Assembly (NCBI RefSeq): GCF_910588395.1
Contig: NZ_CAJUPA010000004.1
Coordinates: 18,088 to 82,087, forward strand
DNA from: an uncultured Faecalibaculum sp.
Lineage (GTDB): Bacteria; Bacillota_I; Bacilli_A; Erysipelotrichales; Erysipelotrichaceae
Direction of reading: 5' to 3'
DNA length: 64,000 nucleotides
The translations under genes and the position numbers were made by a program. Shown here in pieces: positions 1 to 10,184 of this stretch (position 1 is its first letter; each line of letters starts with the position of its first letter). The notes below the pieces were generated by a model. It saw nothing but the letters and a program-made list of their open reading frames with translations. It made no database searches and had not been told where the DNA came from.

Positions 1-563
1 TCCATCTGCACACCGTCTGCCACCAGGTTGTTCCCGTCATAATCCGGAGTGACCCGGTAAAGAACATGGTTCCCGGTCTTCCGGATGTAGTCCAGAACCT
101 CCATTTCGAAGGGCAGCATACCCTCGGTGTTCATGTAGCGGGTGCCGGTGATGAGATTCTGCGGATTGGCATTTTCCCCGGTGAGGCTCCACGCCAGCAG
201 ATGACACCGGTTGTACAGCTTGCCGCCGTCCACAAAATCATAGCTGCCCTGTTCCCATCCCGGCGGATAGACGCCGGATATATCCTGCCGGTCGTCATCC
301 GGCAGCAGTTCAGGTCCCAGGACGGCAAACGCCTGCACCGGCCGGTCCAGCCGGTCCAGCCCCTCGAATTCCTTGTACGCTGTGGTGCTCAGATCCGCAT
401 CGGAAAAGGCAGGAATACCGCCATTGACTTCCACATACGGCGAGCCGAAATACGCCGGAATCCCCTTGTCCTGCGGATCGGTTCCGGGCTGTACGACAGC
501 ATTCTGACAGCCTGCAAGAAGGACCGCCAGAAAAAGAAAAAACCCCTTCAGAATGTTTCGCAT
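1..563 (-). CDS. DNA/RNA non-specific endonuclease lipoprotein (EndA/DNA-entry nuclease-like), runs off the window
   Basis: Not in the ORF track. Manual translation from ATG 563: MRNILKGFFLFLAVLLAGC (lipobox)...YNRCHLLAWSLTGENANPQNLITGTRYMN...HVLYRVTP; GGGAG RBS. Confidence 0.88.
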   Translation of the reverse strand, partial: MRNILKGFFLFLAVLLAGCQNAVVQPGTDPQDKGIPAYFGSPYVEVNGGIPAFSDADLSTTAYKEFEGLDRLDRPVQAFAVLGPELLPDDDRQDISGVYPPGWEQGSYDFVDGGKLYNRCHLLAWSLTGENANPQNLITGTRYMNTEGMLPFEMEVLDYIRKTGNHVLYRVTPDYDGNNLVADGVQM

Positions 564-729
564 GTTTCTATCTCCCAAGGAAAATGTACACGTTCGCCAA
601 TCCCTGCACAAGTGCTGATTTCCGGTTTTTTCAAAGAATTTTCAGCGGTTTTTCCAGTGTCTTCCAGTGTGAAAACGCTGCCGTTCCGGGCAGGATACAG
701 GGCCGTTATCCGGTGGCGGCCATAAACAC

Positions 730-756
730 GAAAAGCCGCGGAAACAGCGGCTTTTC
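730..756. terminator. Intrinsic terminator downstream of nagA
   Basis: GAAAAGCCGC-N7-GCGGCTTTTC inverted repeat. Confidence 0.7.
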
Positions 757-778
757 ATCATTCGCAGGATGGATGCGG

Positions 779-1915
779 CTATACGGTTTTTCTGCCGCGG
801 CACCAGCAGGCGACCACGTCATAATCGCTGTTGAGCACCACGATGTCCGCATCTTTGCCTGCCTGCAGGCTGCCCTTGCGGTCATCCACTCCCATCATCC
901 TGGCGGGGTTCAGCGTAACGGCATTGATGGCTGTTTGCCAGGGGACTTCGGCGCGTTCCACCATGATCTGCAGGCCGCGGTTCACATTCAGCGTGCTGCC
1001 GGCCAGATTGCCTGCACCCACCAGATGCGCGGAGCCATCCGGGAACAGCTCGATTTCGTTGCCTCCGAATTTCACAATGGTGCCGGTGGGCAGCGATTTG
1101 ACCATCAGAGAATCCGTGATCATGATGCCGTGATCCGGTCCCTTCGCCCGGAAGAAATCGTTGATGGCTGCCGGATGTACATGGTTGCCGTCGCAGATGA
1201 TCTCGCCGTAGACTTCCCGGAAACGGAATGCCGTGCCCACCAGACCCGGCTCCCTGTGATGCAGTTTGGACATGCCGTTGTATACATGCGTCATGCTCAT
1301 GGCGCCGTTGGCAATGCCCATTGCCGCCTGTTCATATGTGGCTCCGGAGTGTCCCTGGCTTACCACAATGCCATGATCCGTCAGGAAATGGGTCAGCTCA
1401 TAGTTCCTGTCATGTTCTGTCGCCATGGTCACCAGCCTGATCAGATTGTCGCTGGCTGCCAGATAGCGCTTGAACTGCGCCACATCCGGCAGCACACAGT
1501 ACTGTTCCGGCTGGGCACCCTTGAATGTCTGATCCAGATAGGGGCCTTCAAAGTGAATGCCCATGATTTCCGCACCTTCATAGCCTTCCCGGACAACATC
1601 CGCCACGTTTTTCACGGCAGCTGTGAGCACCTCTTCACTCTGGGTGATGGTGGTGGGGTACAGGGCTGTGACACCTTCCGTCACGATCCGGCTGGTCCAG
1701 GCCCGCAGGCCTTCCGGCGTGGCATCATTGGTATCCCAGCCATAGGCGCCGTGACAGTGGATATCCATGAAGCCCGGCACGATCCGCTGGTCTCCGAAAT
1801 CAAGATCCGGCTTCTCCTGCCGGGGAAGCACCGCCTTGATTCTGCCGTCTTCCACCTCCAGTGCCGCATTCATCCAGGTGTCCAGAACCCAGACTTTTGT
1901 ACTTTGAATGATCAT
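779..1915 (-). CDS. nagA: N-acetylglucosamine-6-phosphate deacetylase
   Basis: PGFMDIHCHG, HFEGPY, THVYNGM, GNLAGS motifs; GGAGG RBS before MIIQ. Confidence 0.95.
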   Translation of the reverse strand: MIIQSTKVWVLDTWMNAALEVEDGRIKAVLPRQEKPDLDFGDQRIVPGFMDIHCHGAYGWDTNDATPEGLRAWTSRIVTEGVTALYPTTITQSEEVLTAAVKNVADVVREGYEGAEIMGIHFEGPYLDQTFKGAQPEQYCVLPDVAQFKRYLAASDNLIRLVTMATEHDRNYELTHFLTDHGIVVSQGHSGATYEQAAMGIANGAMSMTHVYNGMSKLHHREPGLVGTAFRFREVYGEIICDGNHVHPAAINDFFRAKGPDHGIMITDSLMVKSLPTGTIVKFGGNEIELFPDGSAHLVGAGNLAGSTLNVNRGLQIMVERAEVPWQTAINAVTLNPARMMGVDDRKGSLQAGKDADIVVLNSDYDVVACWCRGRKTV

Positions 1916-1994
1916 GTCATTTCCTCCATTGACTACTGATTCCATTATAGGCGTTTGCCCGGGATGAATCCACGGATATGGCGCAGCCAGTGCA

Positions 1995-2008
1995 GGCAAG
2001 CGCTTTCA
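1995..2008 (-). promoter_or_regulatory. cre-like (CcpA) site upstream of nagA
   Basis: TGAAAGCGCTTGCC resembles the cre consensus TGWAANCGNTNWCA. Confidence 0.45.
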
Positions 2009-2106
2009 TGTCCGGAATCCCGGTTTACGGGCAAAAAAGAAAACCGGCTGCGCAAAGCCGGAGACTGCCATGGACAGCTTCCCTTTGCCAGACCGGTTCA
2101 GGCTGG

Positions 2107-2949
2107 TTATACGAGCCGTTTTTCGTAATTGCCCCGGATCGGCGATCCGTCGTTCAGGATCACAAAGGCCTCCGGGTCCTTGTCCTTGATCAGCTTGGTC
2201 AGCTGCCGGACTTCATACTTGTTGATGCTGGTGACCAGGATCTCCTGCTTCCGTCCGGTATAGGCACCATTGCCGTTCCACCAGGTGACACCCCGGGAGA
2301 GTTCCTCGTTGATGGCGTGCTTGAGCTGCGGATCCACGGTGATGATCAGCGCCCAGACATCAATATTCTGAATGTGCACCTTGTCACTGACAAAGTAGCA
2401 GACTACGACAAACATCAGTGAATACAGAGCAGATTCCATGCCAAAGAGCAGACCATTCCAGGTCAGGATTACTGCATTCAGGGCGTAGGACAGTTTTCCC
2501 ACCGAGAAATCCCGGCGCACCTTGGACAGATAGACACCCAGGATGTCCAGTCCGCCGCCGCTGCCGCCGGACCGCAGGCACAGTCCGATGCCAAGACCGC
2601 CGAGAATGCCGCCCAGCAGCGCATTTGAAATCAGATCCGGCAGGATCATAGTCTGGGATACCGGGATCAGCTGCAGTGCCAGGGTCTGAATCACCAGGGA
2701 CAGAACGGTTTTCCGGATAAATCCCATGGACAGACTGCGGTACGCCAGCCAGAACAGCGGTATGTTGAAACAGAAGTTGATGATACCGGTAATGCTGGAT
2801 GTGCTGTGTGTGGTCAGCCAGGACAGGATCTGTGCCAGACCGATCAGGCCGCCGGAGTTCAGACCGGCAGGCTCCAGAAACACTCTGACGGCAATCGGGT
2901 ACAGCAGACTGCCGAGAATGAGTTCCAGATACTTGTAAAACTTGCTCAT
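2107..2949 (-). CDS. YitT family membrane protein
   Basis: SGGLIGLAQ, NIPLF, GGSGGGLDIL, C-terminal RGVT...GAYTG...DPEAF. Confidence 0.9.
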   Translation of the reverse strand: MSKFYKYLELILGSLLYPIAVRVFLEPAGLNSGGLIGLAQILSWLTTHSTSSITGIINFCFNIPLFWLAYRSLSMGFIRKTVLSLVIQTLALQLIPVSQTMILPDLISNALLGGILGGLGIGLCLRSGGSGGGLDILGVYLSKVRRDFSVGKLSYALNAVILTWNGLLFGMESALYSLMFVVVCYFVSDKVHIQNIDVWALIITVDPQLKHAINEELSRGVTWWNGNGAYTGRKQEILVTSINKYEVRQLTKLIKDKDPEAFVILNDGSPIRGNYEKRLV

Positions 2950-2975
2950 GAATCTCTCTTCCTTTTTTCAGCCGG

Positions 2976-4292
2976 TTACCCGGCTTTCTGTTGATCAGTT
3001 AATTTCACATGGCTTCCTTCCAGAAGCCGAAGCCCTTTGGGCAGCCGGTTTTTCAGCACCGAGCCGGTGCTTTTCCCGAAGCCCACCGGCAGACCGTGCC
3101 AGGTGACCTGGGCAAACCCCTTGTCCGTCTTCACCGGAAGCTGCAGACCGTGCATGAATGCTTCCAGCTGGTCATCCGACAGCTCTACCTGCCTGCTGCT
3201 TTTCAGCGCCATGAAACAGGCATGGGCCGGCTCAAACCGGTTTTTGACCGTTTCTCCGATCAGGACCCCCTGGCGTTTCCAGTTTCCTTTGACAAAGGGA
3301 TGGTTCATCCCGAACAGCTGCCCGTTTTTGCGGCAATACCAGTCAAAGCGGATGCCATGCTCCTCCAGAAACGCCTGCTCCAGAGCTGTAAGCCGGACTG
3401 GCTGTTCCTGAGGCAGCCGGCGGGTTTTCTGCGGCTTACCCTTCTTGCGGAGTTTTGCGGCAAACTGTCCTTCCCCGCCGTCCATGGGAAATATGCGCAG
3501 CCCGCCAGCCCCGTCGAAGTCCGGACGGCCGTAGGGTTTGTCAATAGGGATCTGTTCCATCTCCGGATGACGGTCGAGAAATGCTCTGACCTGGTCTTCG
3601 TTTTCTTCCCGGGCATAGGTGCAGGTGGAGTACACCATGGTTCCCCCCGGAGCCAGGGCTTCACAGGCTGCATCCAGGATCTGGGCCTGCCTTGCGGCAC
3701 AGCTTCTGACACCGGCTGCGCTCCATTCCTGCAGCGCGGCCGAATGCTTTTTGATCATCCCTTCACCGGAACAGGGGGCATCCACCAGGACTTTGTCAAA
3801 GGCTTCCGGAAACCGCCGGGCGGTTTTGCGGGCATCGTCCCGGCTCAGGGCGAAGTTCACTGCCCCGCTGCGTTCCAGGTTGGACAGAAGAACCCCTGCC
3901 CGCTGGGGATCCAGTTCGTTGCAGACGAGAAAGCCGGGGTTCTCCCGGAGGATCTGCGTGCTCTTGGATCCCGGTGCCGCGCACAGATCCAGTACACAGT
4001 CTCCAGGCTGCACATCCAGAATATCCACCGGGGCAGACGCGCTGGGTTCCTGCAGGTAGATGGCACCGGCCAGATGCAGAGGATGAAGCCCCAGGGCTTC
4101 CTGCACGATCCAGGCATCCCGGGCAAAGGGACTTTCCTTTTCCACCGGGATCCCGGATGCCTCCAGAAACCGCTGCCGGCTCAGCCGGCCGGTGTTCAGC
4201 CGGAGGGATCTGGCAAGGGGCTTGTCCATGGCTTCCAGAAAAGCCGGGAACTCATCTCCCAGATACTGTTTCATGCGTTCAAAAAACTCCAT
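2976..4292 (-). CDS. RsmF/RsmB-NOP2 family RNA m5C methyltransferase
   Basis: YLQEPSA, DLCAAPGSKS, DAPCSGEG, YSTCT; RBS before MEFF. Confidence 0.92.
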   Translation of the reverse strand: MEFFERMKQYLGDEFPAFLEAMDKPLARSLRLNTGRLSRQRFLEASGIPVEKESPFARDAWIVQEALGLHPLHLAGAIYLQEPSASAPVDILDVQPGDCVLDLCAAPGSKSTQILRENPGFLVCNELDPQRAGVLLSNLERSGAVNFALSRDDARKTARRFPEAFDKVLVDAPCSGEGMIKKHSAALQEWSAAGVRSCAARQAQILDAACEALAPGGTMVYSTCTYAREENEDQVRAFLDRHPEMEQIPIDKPYGRPDFDGAGGLRIFPMDGGEGQFAAKLRKKGKPQKTRRLPQEQPVRLTALEQAFLEEHGIRFDWYCRKNGQLFGMNHPFVKGNWKRQGVLIGETVKNRFEPAHACFMALKSSRQVELSDDQLEAFMHGLQLPVKTDKGFAQVTWHGLPVGFGKSTGSVLKNRLPKGLRLLEGSHVKLTDQQKAG

Positions 4293-4389
4293 GCCGCTCC
4301 CCCTTTCCGCCGGATCATTCATCGGATGTGTCACAGTCTGTCTGCAGTATACAACGCAGACACCGGATGTAACCACCTTCCCGCCTGTA

Positions 4390-5472
4390 TCAGGCATCTC
4401 CTTCACCGCTCAGTTCCAGCAGTTCCTCCGGTCGCCGGCGGCAGGCTGCCTGACTGCAGGCAGCGGGTGTATCCCAGCCGGTACCAAAGGAAAAATCCGC
4501 TGTCTGCGCAAAATACGCTGCCGCTTCCTCCAGAGACATCTTCAGTTCGCAGATTTCCACATGGGTATGGGGACCTGTGGAATTCCCGGCATTCCCTGTC
4601 AGGGCAATGACATCGCCCTGTGTCACGATTTGACCCGGTCTGACGTAGTGAATACTGGACAGGTGGTAGAATGCCACCGAAAACAGGCGGTCCTGCACCG
4701 GGCACAGCAGCAGAATGGAATTGCCTGCTCCCCCGGGATAGCCGGAGGTGTTGCCGGGATACCCGGAATCCGAAGGCTGTGCAGCAGACTGATACAGCAC
4801 CAGTCCGGAAGCCGGGGCAATCAGATCCGAGTACAGCGGGGCTGCCAGATCCAGGCCCAGATGCAGACCACCCTGGGGATACGCCCAGGTGCCCGCGGAT
4901 ACAAAAGGACCCAGCACCGGATTGATCAAAGATCCCGCAGGCACAATTTCCCCCGGGCTGTAAGCCGGACAGGCTGTGCTCAGCCAGTCATCCTGTCCGC
5001 TGGCCCCGCCTGCCGCCTGCGGGAGATCCGCTGTTCCGGGCAGCAGGGCTTCTTTCCGGGGATCAGCGTCGTAGACCGGTGCCTGATATCCCCCGGAGGC
5101 TTCCATGCGCTGCTGCCGTTCCAGCATGCGCCCGCGGGATTCCTCCATTGCCTGCTGCACCCGCCTGTCAAACGCGGCTTGTCCCGCGAGCCGACTGTAT
5201 TCTTTCCACAGCCCATTCAGCTGTTCAGTCTCCGCCTCCGGATGGCGCTGGACAAAGGCCGGATTCAGTTTGGCCTGTTCTGATGTCAGAACGATCTGCA
5301 GGCTGCGCAGCGCTTCATCCGGATCAGCAGTACCATCGCGGGTCTCCAGTATCACCTGCATCCCCCGGTTCACGGTCCGCTCCAGGGCATTGGCAGCTGC
5401 CAGGGACCGATCATCCATCCTCCCCGGTGTCCAGGAAAGCAAAAAAAGACAGCACATCAAAAAAAGATCCAT
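4390..5472 (-). CDS. M23 family metallopeptidase (secreted)
   Basis: HLGLD, YHLS and STGPHTH zinc motifs; hydrophobic N-terminus; GAAAGGAG RBS. Confidence 0.88.
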   Translation of the reverse strand: MDLFLMCCLFLLSWTPGRMDDRSLAAANALERTVNRGMQVILETRDGTADPDEALRSLQIVLTSEQAKLNPAFVQRHPEAETEQLNGLWKEYSRLAGQAAFDRRVQQAMEESRGRMLERQQRMEASGGYQAPVYDADPRKEALLPGTADLPQAAGGASGQDDWLSTACPAYSPGEIVPAGSLINPVLGPFVSAGTWAYPQGGLHLGLDLAAPLYSDLIAPASGLVLYQSAAQPSDSGYPGNTSGYPGGAGNSILLLCPVQDRLFSVAFYHLSSIHYVRPGQIVTQGDVIALTGNAGNSTGPHTHVEICELKMSLEEAAAYFAQTADFSFGTGWDTPAACSQAACRRRPEELLELSGEGDA

Positions 5473-5631
5473 AATATCTCCTTTCTCAGTGTCTGTCTTC
5501 GCTGAGTCCATTGTACCGGATGTGTGTCAACATACAACCGGATGCTGTCAGAATTCCATTTATTTCCTGAAGCCCTGCCACCGGCGACAGCCGGCATCGG
5601 CAGTCAGAATGTTCAGATGCCAGGCTGTATG

Positions 5632-6807
5632 CTAAGTATCCTGATGTGCAGCTGGCTGTTTCCACATGCAGGCGGCGTTGGCGACCATGAGGAAGGTGAT
5701 ACCGGTGACGGGAAAATTCAGGGTGAAATCCAGCAGGCCCAGGACAAGGGCGGTGAGATAGAAACAGATGATGAGGGAAAAAGTGGTGGGATGTTCCTGC
5801 ATGATGGCCATGGTTTCCCGCAGCAGGCGGATGAAATAGCCGGTGATGAGCACCGTTCCGGAGAGTCCGTAGGAAGTCAGGGATTCCAGAAGCAGGTTGT
5901 GGGCGTGAGGGGCTTTGTGGAAGCCCATGGTTTTGTACATGAATCCATAGGTGACCGGTCCCATCCCCAGAAGCGGGTGCATCTGAATGAGAACCACGGC
6001 GCCGTCCCAGATCTTGATCCGGGAGAACAGGGTGGAGAGATTGGATCCCCGGGGAATGAGTTCCGGGAAGGTGAGGACCAGGATCAGCGCCAGAATTTCC
6101 ATGCCGATGGAAAACGCGAAGAGCTTCCGTTTGCCGGCGAACCCGAAGAACACCGGAAAGATGAACAGGAAGGGCAGCAGGGCGGTTCGGCAGCCTGTGA
6201 GCAGCAGCATGAAAAAGTTCAGCAGGGCGGTCACGACATAATACAGACGCAGGCTGATCCTGCGGTGCCGGACGTATTCGTACAGGCAGAACAGAATGAA
6301 GAACACGCACATGGTGGCGTAGAAATTCGCGTTCATGAAGGTGGAATTGATGCGGTCTCTGGGGCTGTTCTGGATGACGAAGTCAAAGAAGTCATAGCCT
6401 TTTCTGGCGGAGACAGCCTGGAATTCCACGAGTCCCCAGAAAGCGGCGAGCCAGGACATGGCAATCATGACTTCCAGGATGATGGTAAACAGCGGTCTGG
6501 TGAGGTACTGCCGGTAGACGGCGATGTACAGCCCGGCAAGGAGATAGCCGCCTGCGTTGAGAAATCCCATCCAGTTGCCGTAGAAGGCGGAGACCGCCAG
6601 TTCCAGAACAACAAAGCCATAGAGCCAGCAAGCGCCTGTCTGATTCCGGAGGGAGCCGGCGAGTTTGCCGGAGAAAAGGAAAAAGAACAGGATAAGCACC
6701 AGTCCGGCTGCAGCGAACTGGAAAGGAAGGAACAGGGCGATGGTGCCTGCCAGCAGTGCCCATTCATATCGGTTCAGTGACTGGAATGTCTGTTTCAGTT
6801 CTTTCAT
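5632..6807 (-). CDS. O-antigen ligase/Wzy-like polytopic membrane protein
   Basis: RINSTFMNAN, TGCRT, RIKIW, HPLLGMG, HAHN motifs. Confidence 0.85.
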   Translation of the reverse strand: MKELKQTFQSLNRYEWALLAGTIALFLPFQFAAAGLVLILFFFLFSGKLAGSLRNQTGACWLYGFVVLELAVSAFYGNWMGFLNAGGYLLAGLYIAVYRQYLTRPLFTIILEVMIAMSWLAAFWGLVEFQAVSARKGYDFFDFVIQNSPRDRINSTFMNANFYATMCVFFILFCLYEYVRHRRISLRLYYVVTALLNFFMLLLTGCRTALLPFLFIFPVFFGFAGKRKLFAFSIGMEILALILVLTFPELIPRGSNLSTLFSRIKIWDGAVVLIQMHPLLGMGPVTYGFMYKTMGFHKAPHAHNLLLESLTSYGLSGTVLITGYFIRLLRETMAIMQEHPTTFSLIICFYLTALVLGLLDFTLNFPVTGITFLMVANAACMWKQPAAHQDT

Positions 6808-6973
6808 GGGTTTATCCTACCATGTTTGACTGCGGCGAATTGCGAAGGAATCCTCCGGAAGCGCCCGGGTCCGGATCCAGGGGAATGCCCACGAAATGCA
6901 ACCCCTTCCTTTTCGGGCCAGACAGCAGGAAACCGGACAGAGGCCGTGAAAACGGAATCGTGCAGCAGACAGG

Positions 6974-6999
6974 AAAAAAGCCGGCATCATTGAGCCGGC
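6974..6999 (-). terminator. Terminator after tRNA-Leu
   Basis: GCCGGC-N8-GCCGGC stem followed by a T tract on the minus strand. Confidence 0.6.
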
Positions 7000-7011
7000 C
7001 TGTGCATTCTG

Positions 7012-7094
<83 letters not shown>

Positions 7095-7104
7095 GAAGAG
7101 ACCG

Positions 7105-7347
7105 TCAGTGAAGCACTGTGGGATGTTCCAGACTGCAGATTCTGTCCTGCAGGTAGGCTTCCACCTGGCGGATGATGGCTTCGTCCAGGAGATGACCGTC
7201 GATTTCCACGGGTTCTCCGGGGTCCTGCCAGACGATTTTCAGCTGCGGAACCGTCAGAAACGGTTCACCGTGATGGTTCTGCTCCAGCGCTTCGATGGCT
7301 TCCAGAATGGGCTGGGCGATCATTTCCACAATCATATTTTCATCCAT
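7105..7347 (-). CDS. Small acidic hypothetical protein
   Basis: 80-aa ORF with an extended -10 (TG-A-TAGAAT) 6 nt before the ATG; ends 10 nt before tRNA-Leu. Confidence 0.65.
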   Translation of the reverse strand: MDENMIVEMIAQPILEAIEALEQNHHGEPFLTVPQLKIVWQDPGEPVEIDGHLLDEAIIRQVEAYLQDRICSLEHPTVLH

Positions 7348-7451
7348 AAATGGATTCTATCACGCCTGCAGGGAAACAGACAGAGGCATTTTGACACACC
7401 CGCTTCATTCGCGCCGGTTCATGATAGAATAACTCCATACGGAGGAAGCAG

Positions 7452-8798
7452 ATGAACGATGAAAAAAAGCCTGGCGAGCTGGACCAGGACAGTCAGGATG
7501 AGCTGGATGCCTTTGCCAGAGCACTGCTGAACCGGAAAACCGAAATGCGCATCTTCCGGGATGAAAACAGCGATGAAATGGAAATCGGATTTTCCGATGA
7601 TGAACGGCAGGCAGCGGAGAAATCCATGTCCCAGGCACTGGATACCCTGCGCAGAAGCCGCGGACAGAAAACCATAGAAGAAGAGGAAACGGCGTTCTGG
7701 TTCGATGACGAACCGGCGCAGGAGACGGCGCCTGAACCGGAAACCAGGACACCGAAAAAGAAACAGCCCCGTCCGGTGCGCAAGTCCCGTCACCGGAACA
7801 AACCGGTCAGGAAAGAGAACAGCAGGTCCTCCGGTTCTGCCGATAGCACAGAGAAATCCGCCAGACCTGCCTCGGAGAGGTCAGTCGGAACGCGGAAGGA
7901 AAAGGCGGCGAAAAAACAGGCTGCTGCAGACCATGAGGCCAAACCTGCCGGATCCCCGGCAGCCCGGAGCAATCCGGTGCGCCGCAGGATCGTGCTGGCG
8001 ATTCTGGCACTGTGTCTGCTGGCTGTGGCCGGCCTGGGCGTGTACTGCTGGAAGGTTCTGGTCTGGAATCCGGAAAACCTCACCACCGAAACGCAGGAAG
8101 CCAGCTACAAAAAGCTGGTGGATTACGCGGATGAATACGGCTCGGGGCTGATGTCGGATGCGGAGAAAGCCGAGATCCTGGACCTGAAAACCGATTACGA
8201 TTCCCTGGCTCCCCGTCAGAAAACGGAAATCGATGCCTACTTCCAGGAGCAGACCCGTTCCGGCGACTATCCCCAGGGGCGGACTTTCCAGGAGATCTGG
8301 CAGGAGCAGTCCGAACGGAAACAGGCAACAGAAGACGCTGCCCAGCCCCAGTATCAGGAACTGACAGCCTATCTGGCCAACTGGAATGAGAAATCGGATC
8401 TGGAAAAACGGGATATTCTGAACTACCGGGATTTCTACAAGGGTCTGACGCAGTCTCTGAAGAACCAGGTGGATGAACAGATCAAGGCAGTCACCGGCCA
8501 GACCTTCAGTCAGCTGGTCAGCGAACAGGAAGAAATCGTCCGCAGCGAACAGGTGGCTCACCAGCAGGAAGTGGACTCGCAGAAAGCAGAGCTGCAGGCA
8601 CAGATCGATGCCCTGAATCAGGAAATCCAGTCCTATTCCGACTATGGTACTTCTCTGGCGGAAGAACTGACACAGGCTCAGATTGACGGAGAGGATACCT
8701 CGGAGATCCAGGCACAGATCACCGCCAACAGCGCCTATGTCCAGGAGCTGCAAAGTCAGGTATCCGCACTGGAGTACCAGCGGGATTCCCTGCAGTAA
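7452..8798 (+). CDS. Single-pass membrane protein with disordered N-terminus and coiled-coil C-terminus
   Basis: GGAGG RBS, one TM segment (IVLAILALCLLAVAGLGVY), Q/E-rich heptads. Confidence 0.85.
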   Translation: MNDEKKPGELDQDSQDELDAFARALLNRKTEMRIFRDENSDEMEIGFSDDERQAAEKSMSQALDTLRRSRGQKTIEEEETAFWFDDEPAQETAPEPETRTPKKKQPRPVRKSRHRNKPVRKENSRSSGSADSTEKSARPASERSVGTRKEKAAKKQAAADHEAKPAGSPAARSNPVRRRIVLAILALCLLAVAGLGVYCWKVLVWNPENLTTETQEASYKKLVDYADEYGSGLMSDAEKAEILDLKTDYDSLAPRQKTEIDAYFQEQTRSGDYPQGRTFQEIWQEQSERKQATEDAAQPQYQELTAYLANWNEKSDLEKRDILNYRDFYKGLTQSLKNQVDEQIKAVTGQTFSQLVSEQEEIVRSEQVAHQQEVDSQKAELQAQIDALNQEIQSYSDYGTSLAEELTQAQIDGEDTSEIQAQITANSAYVQELQSQVSALEYQRDSLQ

Positions 8799-8802
8799 CA
8801 CC

Positions 8803-8831
8803 TTGATTTTACGCCGCAGATACTATATTAT
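8803..8831 (+). promoter_or_regulatory. Sigma-A promoter of tRNA-Thr
   Basis: TTGATT-17-TATTAT. Confidence 0.6.
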
Positions 8832-8842
8832 CTGTGGCAGAT

Positions 8843-8918
8843 GCCGACTTAGCACAGCTGGTAGTGCAACGCACTCGTAACGCGTAGGTCGTAGGTTCAA
8901 GTCCTATAGTCGGCACCA
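8843..8918 (+). tRNA. tRNA-Thr(CGT)
   Basis: 76-nt cloverleaf GCCGACT...AGTCGGC-ACCA, anticodon loop CT-CGT-AA, GTTCAAG. Confidence 0.96.
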
Positions 8919-8928
8919 TATGCATATC

Positions 8929-8958
8929 AAAGGGTCAGGCGGCTGCCTGACCCTTTTT
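8929..8958. terminator. Terminator after tRNA-Thr
   Basis: AAAGGGTCAGGC-GGCT-GCCTGACCCTTTTT. Confidence 0.8.
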
Positions 8959-9077
8959 ATGTATCACTTACCCTGTCTCTGCTGTGCCATCAGTTTACTG
9001 TCACGAAGACCGGTACACCGGTGCATGCCGGTCTGAACCGGATCCGGCAGGATCTGCTGACAGGCATCTGCCGGCAG

Positions 9078-10049
9078 CTACCAGTTTTTCAGCGAGAACT
9101 CCTGTCCCTGTATTTCCAGCAAAGACCGGTCCAGACTCAGTCTGGTGGCATCCCGGCCCGGGACTTCATCCTGATCCTGGATCCAGAAACAGAGACACAC
9201 ATGACCCTGCGCCGTCTGCATCTGTGCCTCGTGACAGCTGCCGATGGAGCTGAACATCACCAGTCCCAGGCGGTCACAGGCATTCAGCAGCCAGGTGTGA
9301 GTATGACCGCTCCGGTCCCAGACAGCGGTATACCCTTGCTCTGCCAGTTGCTGCAAAGACTCTTCTCCGGAAAGGATGCGTCCTTTGACAGGATAGGGCC
9401 TGCCATTGAGCAGAAAATTCCCATGGAGATCCAGAGAATACGTCCGCAGACCGGTAAACAGCCGGATTTCATCCTTCACAGTCCCCATGCGCCGGAGCTG
9501 ACCGATGAGTTCCAGCAGAGCCGGATCCTGAACTCCATGCCAGAGTACGGCTTTGTCCGTCACCAGTTCCACGGGATCCTCCCGGTCTGCATTGACTTCC
9601 ACCTCGTCCAGGATCCGTCCGGCGGGATCCCGGAGAATCAGACGCAGCGTATCCCCCGGCAGGGTGCTGGCCAGCTGTGCCTGGACCCGCAGGATCCCGG
9701 ATCCCTGGACCCAGGAACAGGTGCAGCTCAGGGAAGGTTCATCTCCTTCATGAACGATGAAATGTGTCCGGGGTGTGACCAGCAGGCTGATTTCGGGATG
9801 CCCGCCGGTCCCTCTGGTTTCCAGACAGTTGCGTCCCGGGCGGATGCGTCCTTCCAGGGAAAGGTGACCTGCCCCTTTGTCTCTGGTGCAGAGATACTCT
9901 CCGTTGAGATAGAAATCCGTCTGACAGCGGCAGTCAAGGGAGATCCAGGGTTTGTCCCCCAGATACACGACAGGACAGGCAAACTCTGTCTGCCACCCTT
10001 CTTCGGTCTGCTGCCAGTCTGTATTGTCAAGCTGTGTGCTGTTTCTCAT
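9078..10049 (-). CDS. Short, divergent glycoside hydrolase family 2-like protein
   Basis: FYLNGEY, LWHGVQDPAL, TGLRTY...FLLNGRPYPVKG, ACDRLGLVM; catalytic region degenerate. Confidence 0.65.
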   Translation of the reverse strand: MRNSTQLDNTDWQQTEEGWQTEFACPVVYLGDKPWISLDCRCQTDFYLNGEYLCTRDKGAGHLSLEGRIRPGRNCLETRGTGGHPEISLLVTPRTHFIVHEGDEPSLSCTCSWVQGSGILRVQAQLASTLPGDTLRLILRDPAGRILDEVEVNADREDPVELVTDKAVLWHGVQDPALLELIGQLRRMGTVKDEIRLFTGLRTYSLDLHGNFLLNGRPYPVKGRILSGEESLQQLAEQGYTAVWDRSGHTHTWLLNACDRLGLVMFSSIGSCHEAQMQTAQGHVCLCFWIQDQDEVPGRDATRLSLDRSLLEIQGQEFSLKNW

Positions 10050-10184
10050 GTCATCACCCTGTTCATTATACCTGTCCCGGGATCTGGCTGTAACCGCTTT
10101 CCGGAATTTTGCGACAATGAAAGACGGTTATTGCCGCAGGCTGCCAGACAGACCGGCTGGAATAAAAAAAACCGGCGAACCGGT

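Noticed and set aside
341..361. 9-bp tandem repeat (LDRLDR) in the nuclease gene
   Set aside because: It is in frame and matches the family's normal LDxLxR motif
8868..8885. A-C mismatch at the base of the tRNA-Thr anticodon stem, suggesting a pseudo-tRNA
   Set aside because: The rest of the cloverleaf, promoter and terminator are intact, and a single mismatch there is tolerated
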